Assembly: GCF_009914755.1 (NCBI RefSeq)
Contig: NC_060925.1
Reading direction: 5' to 3' (one strand)
Source: the human T2T-CHM13v2.0 reference genome, Homo sapiens
DNA length: 64,000 nucleotides
Part shown: positions 62,795-64,000 of the stretch, one piece after another
Layout of the letters: every line of letters starts with the position of its first letter
Position numbering within the stretch: position 1 is the stretch's first letter
Position numbers and translations under genes: made by a program
The notes under the pieces: model-generated
The model's input: only the letters and a program-made list of their open reading frames with translations
The model's database searches: none
Told to the model about the DNA's origin: nothing

Positions 62795-63610
62795 CTATAT
62801 TTGTTTCCATGAGTGGCCATAACAAAGTACCAGAGGTTGTGTGGCTTAAACAACAGAAATTTATTTTCTTGCACTTCTGGAGGCTGGAAGTCTGAGATAA
62901 AGGTGTCAGTAGGGTTGATTCCCTTGGAAGGCTTACTCTTTGGCATGTAGATGGCCAGCTGCTTTCTTTGTCCTCACCTGGTCTTTCCTCCATGCTTAGA
63001 ACATAGCAACAGGAATAAATGGACTTGAGTCACATGTATCAATAGTATGGCAGACAGATCTTAGGCAGACAGACAGATCCAGGCAGATAGACAGATCCCA
63101 ATGACTCCTACCTGCTGGTGTCCATCCTTTTTGTAATCCCCTCCCTTTGAGCATGGGAAGAACCTGTAACTTGATGCTAATCCATAGAATATGACAAAAG
63201 TGATGGGATAGGTCTTTATACTATGTAAGACTCCGTTGTAGCAGACTAGAGCGAGAGACTTCTTATGGCCTTGAAAAAGCATGCTGCTGTGACATGAACT
63301 GCCCAGAAAGAGGGCCACATGGCAAGGAACTGTGAGCAACTTTTAGAAGCTGAGACCCTCGGCCACATAGAATCAAGGAAATGAGTTATGCCAAAACCTT
63401 GAAGGGCTTGGAAGTGAGTTCTTCTCCAGCCAGCTTCTCTAGATGAGATTGGAGCCCAGGCAGCACCTTGACTGCAACTGTGAGATCCTGAGCAGGGGAC
63501 CCAGCTAAGCCACACCTGGGCTTCTGAGCCACACAAACTGTGAAACAATAAATATGTGTTGTTTTCAGCCACCACATTTGTAGCAGTTTGTTATGCAGCA
63601 ATAAGAAATA
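62795..63610. mobile_element. Two MLT1-type MaLR LTR pieces in opposite orientation
   Basis: GGCTTAAACAACAGAAATTTATTTTCTTGCACTTCTGGAGGCTGGAAGTC (minus) and ...ACTGTGAAACAATAAATATGTGTTGTTTTCAGCC...TTGTTATGCAGCAATA (plus). Confidence 0.75.
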
Positions 63611-63639
63611 AACACAAACATGGATAAAAACATAATATT

Positions 63640-64000
63640 GGGCCAGGTGCAATGGTTCATGCCTGTAATCCCAACACTTTGGGAGGCCAAGGCAGGAGGA
63701 TCACTTGAGGCCAAGAGTTTGAGACCAGCCTGGGTAACACGGGGAGACCCCGTCTGTACAAAAAAACTTAAAAAAATTAGCTGGGTATGGTGGTGCATGC
63801 CTGTGGTCTCAGTTACTCAGGAGGCTGAGGTGAGAGAATCGCTTGAGCAAGGGAGGTTGAGGATGCAGTAGCCATGATCACAACACGGCACTCTAGCCTG
63901 GGCAAAAGAGTGAGACTTTGTCTCAAACAAACAAACAAACAAACAGACAACAACAAAAAACAAAAACACAAAACCAAAAACCAAACCAAAACAAAACAAA
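63640..64000 (+). mobile_element. AluJ with (CAAA)n-type tail
   Basis: Full Alu followed by an A/C-rich tail running to the window end. Confidence 0.92.

Noticed and set aside
63049-63099. Three short GGCAGA(C/T)AGA..TC repeats
   Set aside because: Local slippage at the start of an MLT1 LTR, with no sign of function.

Overview
Human/primate genomic DNA, recognisable as the RABGAP1L-CACYBP-MRPS14 locus (1q25.1, identified from memory of the proteins and gene order). From left to right: a long AT-rich 3' UTR ending at poly(A) signals near 4.9-5.0 kb (probably RABGAP1L); a U6 snRNA retrocopy with an unexplained 3' extension; the complete CACYBP/SIP gene (+; CpG-island promoter, 6 coding exons that splice to 228 aa); the complete MRPS14 gene (-; 3 coding exons, 128 aa), convergent with CACYBP and carrying a Y3 RNA retrocopy in intron 1; a ~1.1 kb AT-rich minisatellite; and a repeat-rich intergenic region with an old ~7 kb L1 interrupted by an almost intact processed pseudogene of ENTR1/SDCCAG3. 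About 24 Alu/FLAM copies, several LTRs, hAT DNA-transposon relics and L2/MIR fragments are present. Repeat boundaries and subfamily calls are by eye. I see no convincing new multi-gene system. The best leads are: a hairpin-flanked 35-bp templated insertion in the AT-rich array; the U6 copy with a 3' extension; the single-frameshift ENTR1 retrocopy of an exon-skipped isoform; and an identical 15-mer TISU/YY1 element at the MRPS14 start codon and at a CACYBP upstream ORF.
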